From Hyalangium minutum (lineage in GTDB: Bacteria > Myxococcota > Myxococcia > Myxococcales > Myxococcaceae), in NCBI RefSeq assembly GCF_000737315.1, contig NZ_JMCB01000006.1, positions 868,001-932,000 of the forward strand: a stretch of DNA of 64,000 nucleotides, in the 5' to 3' direction. The position numbers and the translations under genes were made by a program. Shown here one piece after another: positions 38,827 through 47,277 of the stretch. Position 1 is the first letter of the stretch; each line of letters begins with the position of its first letter. The notes below the pieces were generated by a model that was not told where the DNA came from, searched no databases, and saw nothing but the letters and a program-made list of their open reading frames with translations.

Positions 38827-41800
38827 ATGCAGCAGTCCTGGATTTCCATTCTTCGTCGGGTGTGCCTCGCGGTGGCGATGCTGGGCGTGGTGGGAGGAGC
38901 CCACGCGGAGCTGGGCGACGCGTCCGCCAACTCCGCGGCGTGCTGCCAGCTGACCACGTCGCTGGTGAACGATGTGCTGCACGGCACCGACGTCTCGGGC
39001 GACGAGCGCTTCTTCAGCGCCGAGGGCGCCCCGCCCAACATCCACTTCCTGCTCGACACCTCGGGCTCCATGCGTGAGCTGCCGCAGGTGGAGAACAGCG
39101 ATCACATCACCTTCTTCAACCTCACCGTGAACGGCTGCGAGAACCCGCGCCTGGACGCGTTCGCGGCCTCGCGGGGCTGGGATGCGAGCCACGTGTACCC
39201 GGTGCCGGACGTGGGCACGGGGATGGGCTCGGACACGGGCTTCCCGAACCTGTTCCAGGACGACAAGTTCTACGGCTACCTGTACTGGGCGGACCTGGGC
39301 AACCCGCCGGCGCAGTGGAACACCCGGGAGCAGGCCTGCCAGTCGCAGGTGCCCAACTGGTCCACCACGGGCGGGGCGGAGTACGCCCGCTGCCTGTCGT
39401 GCCTGAGCACCAAGGGCTACTACAAGGTGCCGGGCACCATGGGCCGCAACACGCCGCCGCTCGAGAACCTGAACTTCATGTTCTGGGGCCGCTACCTCAA
39501 CTTCAACCCGCCCAAGTACGTCACGGCGAAGGCGGTGCTCAAGTCCGTCATCAAGGATCTGCGCCGCGTGCGCGCGGGCATCAGCCACTTCTCCAACAGC
39601 GCGCCCAACACCGTGCTGCTCAAGGAGCAGCACCCCTCGTGCCAGCAGATCGCCAACGACGCGAGCGCGTTCGACGGCGAGCGCGCCAGCTACATCAACT
39701 CCGTCAACGGGCTGACGTTCACCACGGGCACGCCGCTGGCACGCTCGCTGCTGAACGTGGGCTACTACTTCACGTCGGAGGACACCGTGTACCGCGACGT
39801 CTTCGGCTTCGGCAGCGGCTTCAGCTACCCAGGCGCGTTCAAGAACCCGGCGCTCACCTCGCAGGGCCGCAGCGTGTGCTGGGGCTGCCAGACGTCCTCC
39901 GTCATCATCATCACGGACGGCGAGCCCTCGGGCGACACGCTGAGCAGCACGGTGGTGACCAAGCTGCGCACGCTCAACGGCGGCCCGGTGTACTGCCCGG
40001 ACTCCGCGCCGTGCGGCGGAGGCACCACCGCCACCCGTGACAAGGGCAGCGACCCCGCTGTCTACACGGATGACAACCAGAACTACCTGCTGGATGACGT
40101 GGCCAAGCTGCTCTACGAGAAGGACTTGCAGAGCCACACGCCGCCCATCGTCGGGGACTTCAACACTGCCGGGAAGCAGAACGTGCTCACGTACACGGTG
40201 GGCTTCGGCATCAACAGCCCGTTCCTGAAGAACACGGCCGAAGTGGGCGGTGGCCTTTACTACACGGCGGACGACGCCACCGGTCTGAAGCAGGCGCTGC
40301 TGGACATCATCACCAACGTGCAGACGCGGTCCACCTCGTTCTCGAGCGCCGCGGCCAGCACGCTCCAGGTGCGCAGCGCCAGCGCGACGCTGATTCCGCG
40401 CTTCAAGCCGGCCCGCGCGAAGACGGATCCGTGGCAGGGCTTCCTCTACCGGTTCGATCAGGGCCCGGAGCGCCTGCTGGGCTGCAACCCGACGAACCCC
40501 GCCGCGGGCGGAGACCTGAACCAGGATGGCGACTGCGACGACACGCTGCTGCTCGACGCCGCGGGGGACGCCATCATCGAGAATGACGAGGGTGATTTCG
40601 TGAAGCTCCTCAGCCCGACCACGCCCGCAGTTCCCTTCTGGGAGGCCGGCCAGAAGCTCAAGGCCGGCACCGAGAAGTGGAAGACGCGGCGCATCTTCAC
40701 CCTCGTCGACGGCAACGGCGACGGGAAGCTCGACTCCCAGGACGCGCCGGTGGCGTTCACCGAGGCGAACGCGGGCGTGCTGCGCGAGTACCTGGGCATC
40801 AGCCAGAACCCGTCGGTGTGCTCGGATCTGGCCACGCGCCTGGGCGAGCCCAGCCTGTCCCCGGAGGACTGCACGAAGCTGATCATCCGCTGGTACCGCG
40901 GCGCGGACGCGCTCAACCCTGATCCGAGCCTGCGCGAGCAGGACCGGCCGTTCTTGCTGCATGACATCTTCCACTCCTCGCCGGTGAGCGTGGAGCCGCC
41001 GTCGCCGTCGCGCTTCTGCGGCTTCTCGCAGCAGTGCCTCACGGTGCTGTTCTCCGGCTCCACGGTGCAGGCAGAGTCCACGCTTCCCAGCGGCGTGAGT
41101 GTGAAGGCCTACGAGGCGTACCAGTCCGAGGCGGGCAACCGGGACAAGATCATCCTGGTGGGCAGCAATGGCGGCATGCTGCACGCGTTCCACAACGGCC
41201 AGGCACTGCCCTCGGGCGCGGTGGACTCGCTCACGGGGCAGGTGCAGTACGACGCGGGCACGGGCGAGGAGCTGTGGGCCTTCATCCCGCCGGACATGCT
41301 GCCCAAGCTGCGCCCCAACCTGGGCAAGCACGGCTACTTCGTGGATGGCACGCCCATGGTGCGCGATGTGTGGCTGGACGGCATGGAGGGCGAGCCGGCC
41401 GACGGCAAGAAGCAGTGGAAGGAGTACCGCACGGTGGCCGTGGTGGGCACGGGCCGTGGCGGCGTGCACCGCTTCGCGCTGGACTTGACGCGCCTGCTGG
41501 GCCGCAACCCGGGTGACACCGCCACCCGCGTGCCGGATCAGGCAGGGGACTTCCTGTGGATGTGGCCGCAGCCGTGCGACCCGCTCGCGCTGCAGGTGGG
41601 CGAGGCCTTCACCAACTTCGCTCCCCGCCCTCCTCCCGTGGGCCCCGTGGCGCTCACCGAGGTCGCGGACAACGCCCTGCGGGACATGAGCAGCACGGGC
41701 CACCCGAGCGAGACGCCGTGGCTCATCGACGGCACTCCGGCGCGCGAGCGCTGGGTGGTGGCGTTCAACGGCGGCTTCGACGAGCACATGCTGCGCGGCC

Positions 41801-43209
41801 GCGGCATGGCGCTGGTGGACATCCGCACGGGCCACACGGTGTGGAGCTTCTTCCACGGGGATGGACAGAACCGCTCGGAGAACCTGCGCTACCCGATTGG
41901 CGCGGGCCTGTCGCTGCTCGACATCGGCCGGGGCAACAACCCCAGCGCGGATGCGGATCAGCTCTTCGACTCGGCCACGGTGGGCGACTACGGCGGCCAG
42001 CTGTGGATGGTGCGCATGTGGAAGCCGGGCGTGTGGGACTCCAGCACGAAGCGGGTGAACAACTGGTTCGCCGCGCGCTCCTTCCGCGTGGCGAACCTGG
42101 CGGGGAAGACGGCGGACCCCGAGGCCATGCGTGCGCCGTTCACCTATATGACCCTCAACGCCCTGCAGCCCGACACCGGCTTCCTGCGCACCTTCGTGGG
42201 CACCGGTGACCGGGAGAACCTGCTCGAGAAGGGCACCGCGTGCCGGCTGTCCAACCCGCGCGCCTGCGCCGCGCAGGGCTGCGGCGTCAACAACACGCTC
42301 ACCGTCGAGCGAGGCGGCTCCACCGTGTACACCAGCAACGCCACGTACCAGAACTACCACTACAGCTCCGGCACCGTCTCCACGGGCAGCCCCGGCGCGT
42401 CCTGCGGCGGCGCGAAGGTGACGCTCGCGTGGAACAACGACGCGGCCAACGGCTGCGGCAACGCCAACGACGGCACGCTCGAGTACACGTGCGACGGTGA
42501 TACCTCCTCGTGGAGCTGCCGCGAGACGGCCAACACCTGGACGGCGCTCAACTACACCGAGGATGCCTCGCCCTACCCGCAGCGCTACTACGGCGTGTGG
42601 ACGTACGGCGGCACGGATCCGCTGCGCCGCTTCGACAGCGACGCGGAGGCCACGGCGTACGACGGCACCCTCTTCTCGGATGCCGACCTGGTGAACGTCA
42701 GCCAGTTCGACTCGGCGGGAGCGGTCGCCGGGAGCCAGCAGTCGGCGGCGCCCTCGGGCAAGGGCTGGTACATCGACTACGCCGTGCCCAACGAGCGCAC
42801 CGGTACCACCGGCAGCCTGGTGAGCGGCTGCGTGCTGTGGAGCTCGTTCGAGCCCAGCGGGGCGCCGGGCGCGGTGTGCTCGACGACGGGCACCAACGTG
42901 GCGCGGCTGTACCAGGCCAACTTCGCCACGGGCGTGGCCAACTGCGCGCAGAGCTTCTACACGCAGAGCTCGGATAAGTGGGCGCGCTACCACCAGAGCA
43001 CCACGGTGGCCGCTCCCGCGGAGCCGGCCATGCAGGTGTCCATCGGCGGTGGCGTGGTGTCCATCGACCTCAACCAGCAGGGCCCGAGCCAGCAGGCCTC
43101 CACCCGCGTCCAGCAGAGCGACGAGGGCGTCCGCTCGCTCTACCAGCTGGAGGTGGATCAGCGCGGCCACGAGTGCCGCCACGACGGTGTGGCCATCTCG
43201 TGTGACTGA
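38827..43209 (+). CDS. pilY1: PilY1-like type IV pilus adhesin (vWA plus beta-propeller)
   Basis: Signal peptide; MIDAS FLLDTSGSM..TPLA..ITDGEP; VGSNGGMLHAF, ELWAFIP, YFVDGTPMVRDV; Ca-loops DLNQDGD and DGNGDG. Confidence 0.88.
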   Translation: MQQSWISILRRVCLAVAMLGVVGGAHAELGDASANSAACCQLTTSLVNDVLHGTDVSGDERFFSAEGAPPNIHFLLDTSGSMRELPQVENSDHITFFNLTVNGCENPRLDAFAASRGWDASHVYPVPDVGTGMGSDTGFPNLFQDDKFYGYLYWADLGNPPAQWNTREQACQSQVPNWSTTGGAEYARCLSCLSTKGYYKVPGTMGRNTPPLENLNFMFWGRYLNFNPPKYVTAKAVLKSVIKDLRRVRAGISHFSNSAPNTVLLKEQHPSCQQIANDASAFDGERASYINSVNGLTFTTGTPLARSLLNVGYYFTSEDTVYRDVFGFGSGFSYPGAFKNPALTSQGRSVCWGCQTSSVIIITDGEPSGDTLSSTVVTKLRTLNGGPVYCPDSAPCGGGTTATRDKGSDPAVYTDDNQNYLLDDVAKLLYEKDLQSHTPPIVGDFNTAGKQNVLTYTVGFGINSPFLKNTAEVGGGLYYTADDATGLKQALLDIITNVQTRSTSFSSAAASTLQVRSASATLIPRFKPARAKTDPWQGFLYRFDQGPERLLGCNPTNPAAGGDLNQDGDCDDTLLLDAAGDAIIENDEGDFVKLLSPTTPAVPFWEAGQKLKAGTEKWKTRRIFTLVDGNGDGKLDSQDAPVAFTEANAGVLREYLGISQNPSVCSDLATRLGEPSLSPEDCTKLIIRWYRGADALNPDPSLREQDRPFLLHDIFHSSPVSVEPPSPSRFCGFSQQCLTVLFSGSTVQAESTLPSGVSVKAYEAYQSEAGNRDKIILVGSNGGMLHAFHNGQALPSGAVDSLTGQVQYDAGTGEELWAFIPPDMLPKLRPNLGKHGYFVDGTPMVRDVWLDGMEGEPADGKKQWKEYRTVAVVGTGRGGVHRFALDLTRLLGRNPGDTATRVPDQAGDFLWMWPQPCDPLALQVGEAFTNFAPRPPPVGPVALTEVADNALRDMSSTGHPSETPWLIDGTPARERWVVAFNGGFDEHMLRGRGMALVDIRTGHTVWSFFHGDGQNRSENLRYPIGAGLSLLDIGRGNNPSADADQLFDSATVGDYGGQLWMVRMWKPGVWDSSTKRVNNWFAARSFRVANLAGKTADPEAMRAPFTYMTLNALQPDTGFLRTFVGTGDRENLLEKGTACRLSNPRACAAQGCGVNNTLTVERGGSTVYTSNATYQNYHYSSGTVSTGSPGASCGGAKVTLAWNNDAANGCGNANDGTLEYTCDGDTSSWSCRETANTWTALNYTEDASPYPQRYYGVWTYGGTDPLRRFDSDAEATAYDGTLFSDADLVNVSQFDSAGAVAGSQQSAAPSGKGWYIDYAVPNERTGTTGSLVSGCVLWSSFEPSGAPGAVCSTTGTNVARLYQANFATGVANCAQSFYTQSSDKWARYHQSTTVAAPAEPAMQVSIGGGVVSIDLNQQGPSQQASTRVQQSDEGVRSLYQLEVDQRGHECRHDGVAISCD

Positions 43210-43222
43210 CGGCTGAAACACG

Positions 43223-43262
43223 AAGGGCTCGGAACCGGTGCACGGGTTCCGAGCCCTTTTTC
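43223..43262. terminator. Rho-independent terminator (probably bidirectional)
   Basis: AAGGGCTCGGAACC-GGTGCACG-GGTTCCGAGCCCTT followed by TTTT. Confidence 0.85.
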
Positions 43263-43292
43263 ATGCGGGCGCTGGCGCCCGGTCTTCAAGGA

Positions 43293-44231
43293 CTACTTGG
43301 GAGCGGCAGCGGCCTCGGCCTGCTTGGCGGCCTCGGCAGCGGCAGCCGCCTGCTTCTCCTTGAACTTCTTCTGGGTCTCGGTGAACTTGGCGGTGAGCTC
43401 CTCGTACTGCTTCTGGAACTCCTGAGCGCGCTTGTCGTGCTCCGTCGCCCGGGCCATGGCCGCGTCCGCGATGGCCTTCTTCTTGGCCTCCTTGGCCTCC
43501 TGCAGGGAGATCTTCGCCATGTTCTGCTCGTGCATGGCGTACTTGGCCACGGCGATGCGCTTGTTGATGTACGTGAAGGGGTACTCGGGGTTGAGCGCGA
43601 TCACTTGGTCCAGGTAGGCCAGCGCCTTGTCCAGGTGCTCGGGCACCGCGGGGCCGTCCTTGCTCTCCACGCCGCCGCGCTTGGAGTAGATGGCCGCCAG
43701 CCAGCCCAGGCTCGCCTCGTCCTTCGGGTTGAGCTTGACGGCCTCGTTGAACTTGGCCTCGGCCACGTCCAGGTTGCCGGCCTTCAGGTACTGGTCGGCG
43801 ATGACGCGCCACAGCTCCGCCTTCTCCGCGGCCGACTCCTTGGCATCGAGCACCTTCACGAGCGCCTTCTCGGCGTCCTCGGGCTGCCCGGCCTGCCGGA
43901 ACTCGTCCGCGATGACGCGGTACATCTCGTCCCGCTTCACGTTCGGGTCCTTGGTGACCTCCACGTACTTGATGAGGGCCTCGGCGGCCTTCTGGTGCTC
44001 GCCGACCTGCTGGTGGGCGAAGGCCTTCTCCTTCCACGTCTTCTCGGAGTTCGGATCGGCCTGGATGGCCAGCTCGTACTGCTCGATGGCGAGCTTGAAC
44101 TCCTTCTTGTTGAGGTGGTTGGTGGCCTTGGCGCGGGCCTCCTTTGCGGGGTCCGGCTTGTCGCTACAGCCCACAGTCCCCGTGAGGGTGAGCACTCCCA
44201 GCACCAGCCCTACGCGTCCCAGCTTCTTCAT
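43293..44231 (-). CDS. TPR-repeat lipoprotein
   Basis: MKKL...TVGC lipobox; repeated A...Y..A..L.P TPR units; coiled C-terminus. Confidence 0.88.
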   Translation of the reverse strand: MKKLGRVGLVLGVLTLTGTVGCSDKPDPAKEARAKATNHLNKKEFKLAIEQYELAIQADPNSEKTWKEKAFAHQQVGEHQKAAEALIKYVEVTKDPNVKRDEMYRVIADEFRQAGQPEDAEKALVKVLDAKESAAEKAELWRVIADQYLKAGNLDVAEAKFNEAVKLNPKDEASLGWLAAIYSKRGGVESKDGPAVPEHLDKALAYLDQVIALNPEYPFTYINKRIAVAKYAMHEQNMAKISLQEAKEAKKKAIADAAMARATEHDKRAQEFQKQYEELTAKFTETQKKFKEKQAAAAAEAAKQAEAAAAPK

Positions 44232-44441
44232 GCACATGCCTTTCGAGCGGTACCGGACCCGCGGGAGCTCCGGCACAGTTTGAAATGAGGTGGCCTCGGA
44301 CGGCGCATTGTGGGCGCGCCGAACCGTGTGGCGCGGCAGCATACCCGAAGTCGATCCGAGCGCCCCCTCCCGGGTTTCTTCCCTGGCTCCTACCCAGGGA
44401 AGGGGGCAAGCCTCATCTCATTGCGTCAAAAGGCGGCACTT

Positions 44442-44720
44442 CTAGGGTTTGTCACCGGGAAACTGGGCCCAATAGCCCTCGGGCAGTGGGTTGTTGCCCC
44501 GGTCGCTGCGCGGGCCGTCTCCATCTGGGATGTCATCCACACCCCCGATGTCCGGGTGCTCCTCCTCCTCCTCGGTGCTCTTGCGGGAGTGATGAGGGCT
44601 CCCGCCGGGCGCATCGTGGGTGGGACGCTGGGCGGGCTCCTCATGCCTCGGGCTCGTCGGGCGCCCGAACATGTCCTCGGCTGGCTGGGGTCCTGGCTGC
44701 TTCGTTTCCTTCTGGGCCAT
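44442..44720 (-). CDS. Small acidic disordered protein
   Basis: GGAGGA RBS; 92 aa; no recognisable domain. Confidence 0.55.
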   Translation of the reverse strand: MAQKETKQPGPQPAEDMFGRPTSPRHEEPAQRPTHDAPGGSPHHSRKSTEEEEEHPDIGGVDDIPDGDGPRSDRGNNPLPEGYWAQFPGDKP

Positions 44721-44858
44721 GATGGAAGTCCTCCTCCGGCATCAACGGTCATGGCGCAGGCGGCCCGCCGCAACGGGAGGGAAATGCAGGGCCCCCGGGC
44801 AGGCGAGGGAGCGGGCGCAGGGTGTGGGTGGAAGGCCAGCGCATGCGGGGCCGGTGAC

Positions 44859-45617
44859 TCAGCGCGGGGGCACGCGCCCGCCAATCTCCGGGAAGCGCTC
44901 GTAAGCGCGCGCGAGCGCCTCCAGGTGCGCGGGGTTGTCGAGATCGAGTGGCGTCTCTGTGAGCCGAACGACCCACCCGCCCGTCGCTGTGCGCCGCGCC
45001 CGAGAGAGCAGGTCCGCGTCGCGGGCAGGATCCGGGAACCCGAGGGCCTGTGCGGTGGCTGCCGACCAGTAGTTCAGCCACCCGAGATAATGGGGGATCT
45101 CAGACGAGCGGAGGTGCTTGGGAAGGTTGAGCGCTGGGAGCCCCCGGGGCGGAACATGCGGTTGATCCATCGAGTGTCGAAACTGTTTCGCTACCTCCGA
45201 CGCCACTCCGTTCGGCAACACGCGCCCCCAGAATGCGCGTGCGCCTTCCGCCACACCTTCCAGCATCTCCGCCGCCGCCGCGATGCTGGCCGCATCGAGT
45301 GGCAGCTCTGCATGGACATCGAGTAACGGCTGGCCGCCCGGCGCTTGGCGCCCGGATGTCCGCAACCCATAAACCGTCACGGGATAACTCTCGTCGCCGT
45401 TGCACAGCAGTGGGAACTCCCCGCGCGCGGCCGCCTCAGCGAGCCACCCATCGCGTCGCGGCAACGCGAGGGGCCGCCCCGCCTTTGACAGCTCCCATTC
45501 CAAGCGCACACGGGAGAGCGCTCGTTCGATTCCGTGGACGACTGCGAGCGTGCGACCGTCGTCGCCCACAAGCGCAGGCGCGAAGACGATGAGGATCAGG
45601 GTTCTCTGCTGGGTCAT
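44859..45617 (-). CDS. Immunity protein, DUF5953-like
   Basis: LIVFAPAL...LCNGDE..PV...IPHYLGWLNYWS...TATGGWVVRLTETPLDLDNPAH; ATGA-coupled to the upstream toxin. Confidence 0.8.
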   Translation of the reverse strand: MTQQRTLILIVFAPALVGDDGRTLAVVHGIERALSRVRLEWELSKAGRPLALPRRDGWLAEAAARGEFPLLCNGDESYPVTVYGLRTSGRQAPGGQPLLDVHAELPLDAASIAAAAEMLEGVAEGARAFWGRVLPNGVASEVAKQFRHSMDQPHVPPRGLPALNLPKHLRSSEIPHYLGWLNYWSAATAQALGFPDPARDADLLSRARRTATGGWVVRLTETPLDLDNPAHLEALARAYERFPEIGGRVPPR

Positions 45618-46327
45618 CGCTTGCACCCCGTGACGACGATATTGAGGAGTGGCTCCTGTTCGAGCAACGCGTCTTTGTGCTCTTGGGTGCTCACCCCAAC
45701 GACGAAGCCATAGCCACATGCCTCGGCGATGTCCCGCTCTTCCCGCAGCAACGGCACTTGCTCCTGGATCGTCATCCGCCGGATGAAGTCAGGGTACGTG
45801 TCAAATCGATGCGTCTTGATCTCCCACAGCACGCGCACGCCGACTTGCAGCGCATCAAAGCGCACACCGCCCACGAGCACGTCATTGCCGGGGTAGCGGT
45901 TCGGCGGAAACTGATCGGCGCACGCGTCATGCGGGTCATCCTCGCCCGCGTGCGGCACTGGGGTGGGCGCGCACTCTGGGCGGCGGCGCTCCGTCGTCAC
46001 CGGGGCAGGCGGAACCCTCCTGTTCGCGCTGGACCTCTCCGGTGTGGGGTTCGCCTCCGGCTCCTGCGAGGCCCGGGGAGAGTCTCCGGCCCAAAGGCCC
46101 GGCTCCTGGGTGGGTGGCAACACGCGCTGATGCGGGCTCCGCGGCAGGGGCTGGGGGCGAACCTGCCCTGGCTGCCCGCGGGTGGGCAGGCCCGTGCCGG
46201 GCACAGCGGGTGGACGCACAGGCGCCCAGGCGTAGGTCTCAGGCTCCTTTTGAGAGGTGGCGCACCCAGCTAAGACTGTGGCAACGGCAACGGCTTGGCG
46301 GAGTGCGCTGCAAGTTCGGAAGTTCAT
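45614..46327 (-). CDS. Lipoprotein polymorphic toxin with REase-fold C-terminus (DUF6310-like, SitA-type)
   Basis: LAGC lipobox; Pro-rich linker; C.P.PVPH.G.D..H..CAD...FDALQ....LWEIKT PD-(D/E)xK motif. Confidence 0.8.
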   Translation of the reverse strand: MNFRTCSALRQAVAVATVLAGCATSQKEPETYAWAPVRPPAVPGTGLPTRGQPGQVRPQPLPRSPHQRVLPPTQEPGLWAGDSPRASQEPEANPTPERSSANRRVPPAPVTTERRRPECAPTPVPHAGEDDPHDACADQFPPNRYPGNDVLVGGVRFDALQVGVRVLWEIKTHRFDTYPDFIRRMTIQEQVPLLREERDIAEACGYGFVVGVSTQEHKDALLEQEPLLNIVVTGCKR

Positions 46328-46398
46328 GCCTCGACCTTTCATCGAGGGGGGCGGAGCGGGTCAAGCCAGGACAGCAGCCAAGCGGCAAGGCCCCCTGC

Positions 46399-46645
46399 AT
46401 CGAGGCCCACCACATCGCCACCATCTGCAACGACATGTCCACCGCATGCGGGGGAGCGTGGACGCCGAGGTTCCGGGAGAGCTTCGCGAAGGCCGGGATG
46501 ACGCTGCGTCCTTAAGGAACTCGCCGATGCAACGGCGACCTGTCGCAGCGTTGTCGAATGCTAGGAGGCATTGACCGGGCAACTGCGGAAACTGGCCAAG
46601 CAAATCTCCACCCCCGGAACAGAACTGAACCAGCTCGGCACCCGG
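46399..46645 (+). pseudogene. Decayed AHH-nuclease toxin C-terminus
   Basis: EAHHIATICNDMSTACGGAWTPRFRESFAKAGMTL, then after a frame change LADATATCRSVVEC*EALTGQLRKLAKQISTPGTELNQL with TAG at 46562-64. Confidence 0.75.
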
Positions 46646-46865
46646 CAGCCACCCCAGGGACGCAGCGGCTCACCGTGCGCGGCGCCGTCCGCGTGCCTGC
46701 TGGCTTTGGTGTGAGCGACTGGGGAGCTTGGCGGGTCCGAGCAGTAGGGTGTTCTTCAAGAATTGCTGGATTTTATTCCTGTGTGACAGTCTGGCCAGCG
46801 CGTCTTTGGATCCGTGGGCAGGCAGGAAGGCCACCGGGTTACGCTTCCGCTTCAGGGGACCGCTA

Positions 46866-47243
46866 ATGACGATTCGCAAGGTGCTCCTCGTTGATGACGA
46901 GGAGGACATCCGCACCGTGGGCCACCTGAGCCTGAAGCGCGTGGGGGGCTGGCAGACCGTGCTGGCCGCCTCGGGCGCCGAGGCCGTGGCGCTCGCCGCC
47001 GCCGAGAAGCCGGACGTCATCCTCCTGGACGTGATGATGCCCGGCATGGATGGGCCCACCACCTTCGGGCAGCTCCGAGCCCAGGAGGCCACCGCGCACA
47101 CGCCCATCATCTTCATGACGGCGAAGATCCAGAAGCAGGAGGTGGCGCGCTACCTGGAGCTGGGCGCTGCGGGCGTCATCAGCAAGCCGTTCGATCCCAT
47201 GACGCTGCCCACCGAGATCCGAAAGCTGCTGCCGTCGACCTGA
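46866..47243 (+). CDS. Single-domain response regulator (CheY-like)
   Basis: LLVDDEED, LLDVMMPGMDG, FMTAK, ISKPF. Confidence 0.95.
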   Translation: MTIRKVLLVDDEEDIRTVGHLSLKRVGGWQTVLAASGAEAVALAAAEKPDVILLDVMMPGMDGPTTFGQLRAQEATAHTPIIFMTAKIQKQEVARYLELGAAGVISKPFDPMTLPTEIRKLLPST

Positions 47244-47277
47244 GACCGTGGAGGACGTGGGTGGAGAGGGTGGCCTC

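Noticed and set aside
38560-43221. 1553-aa minus-strand ORF
   Set aside because: Antisense shadow of pilY1. The same applies to 26087..28825, 28984..30825, 10676..12607, 36665..38374 and similar ORFs.
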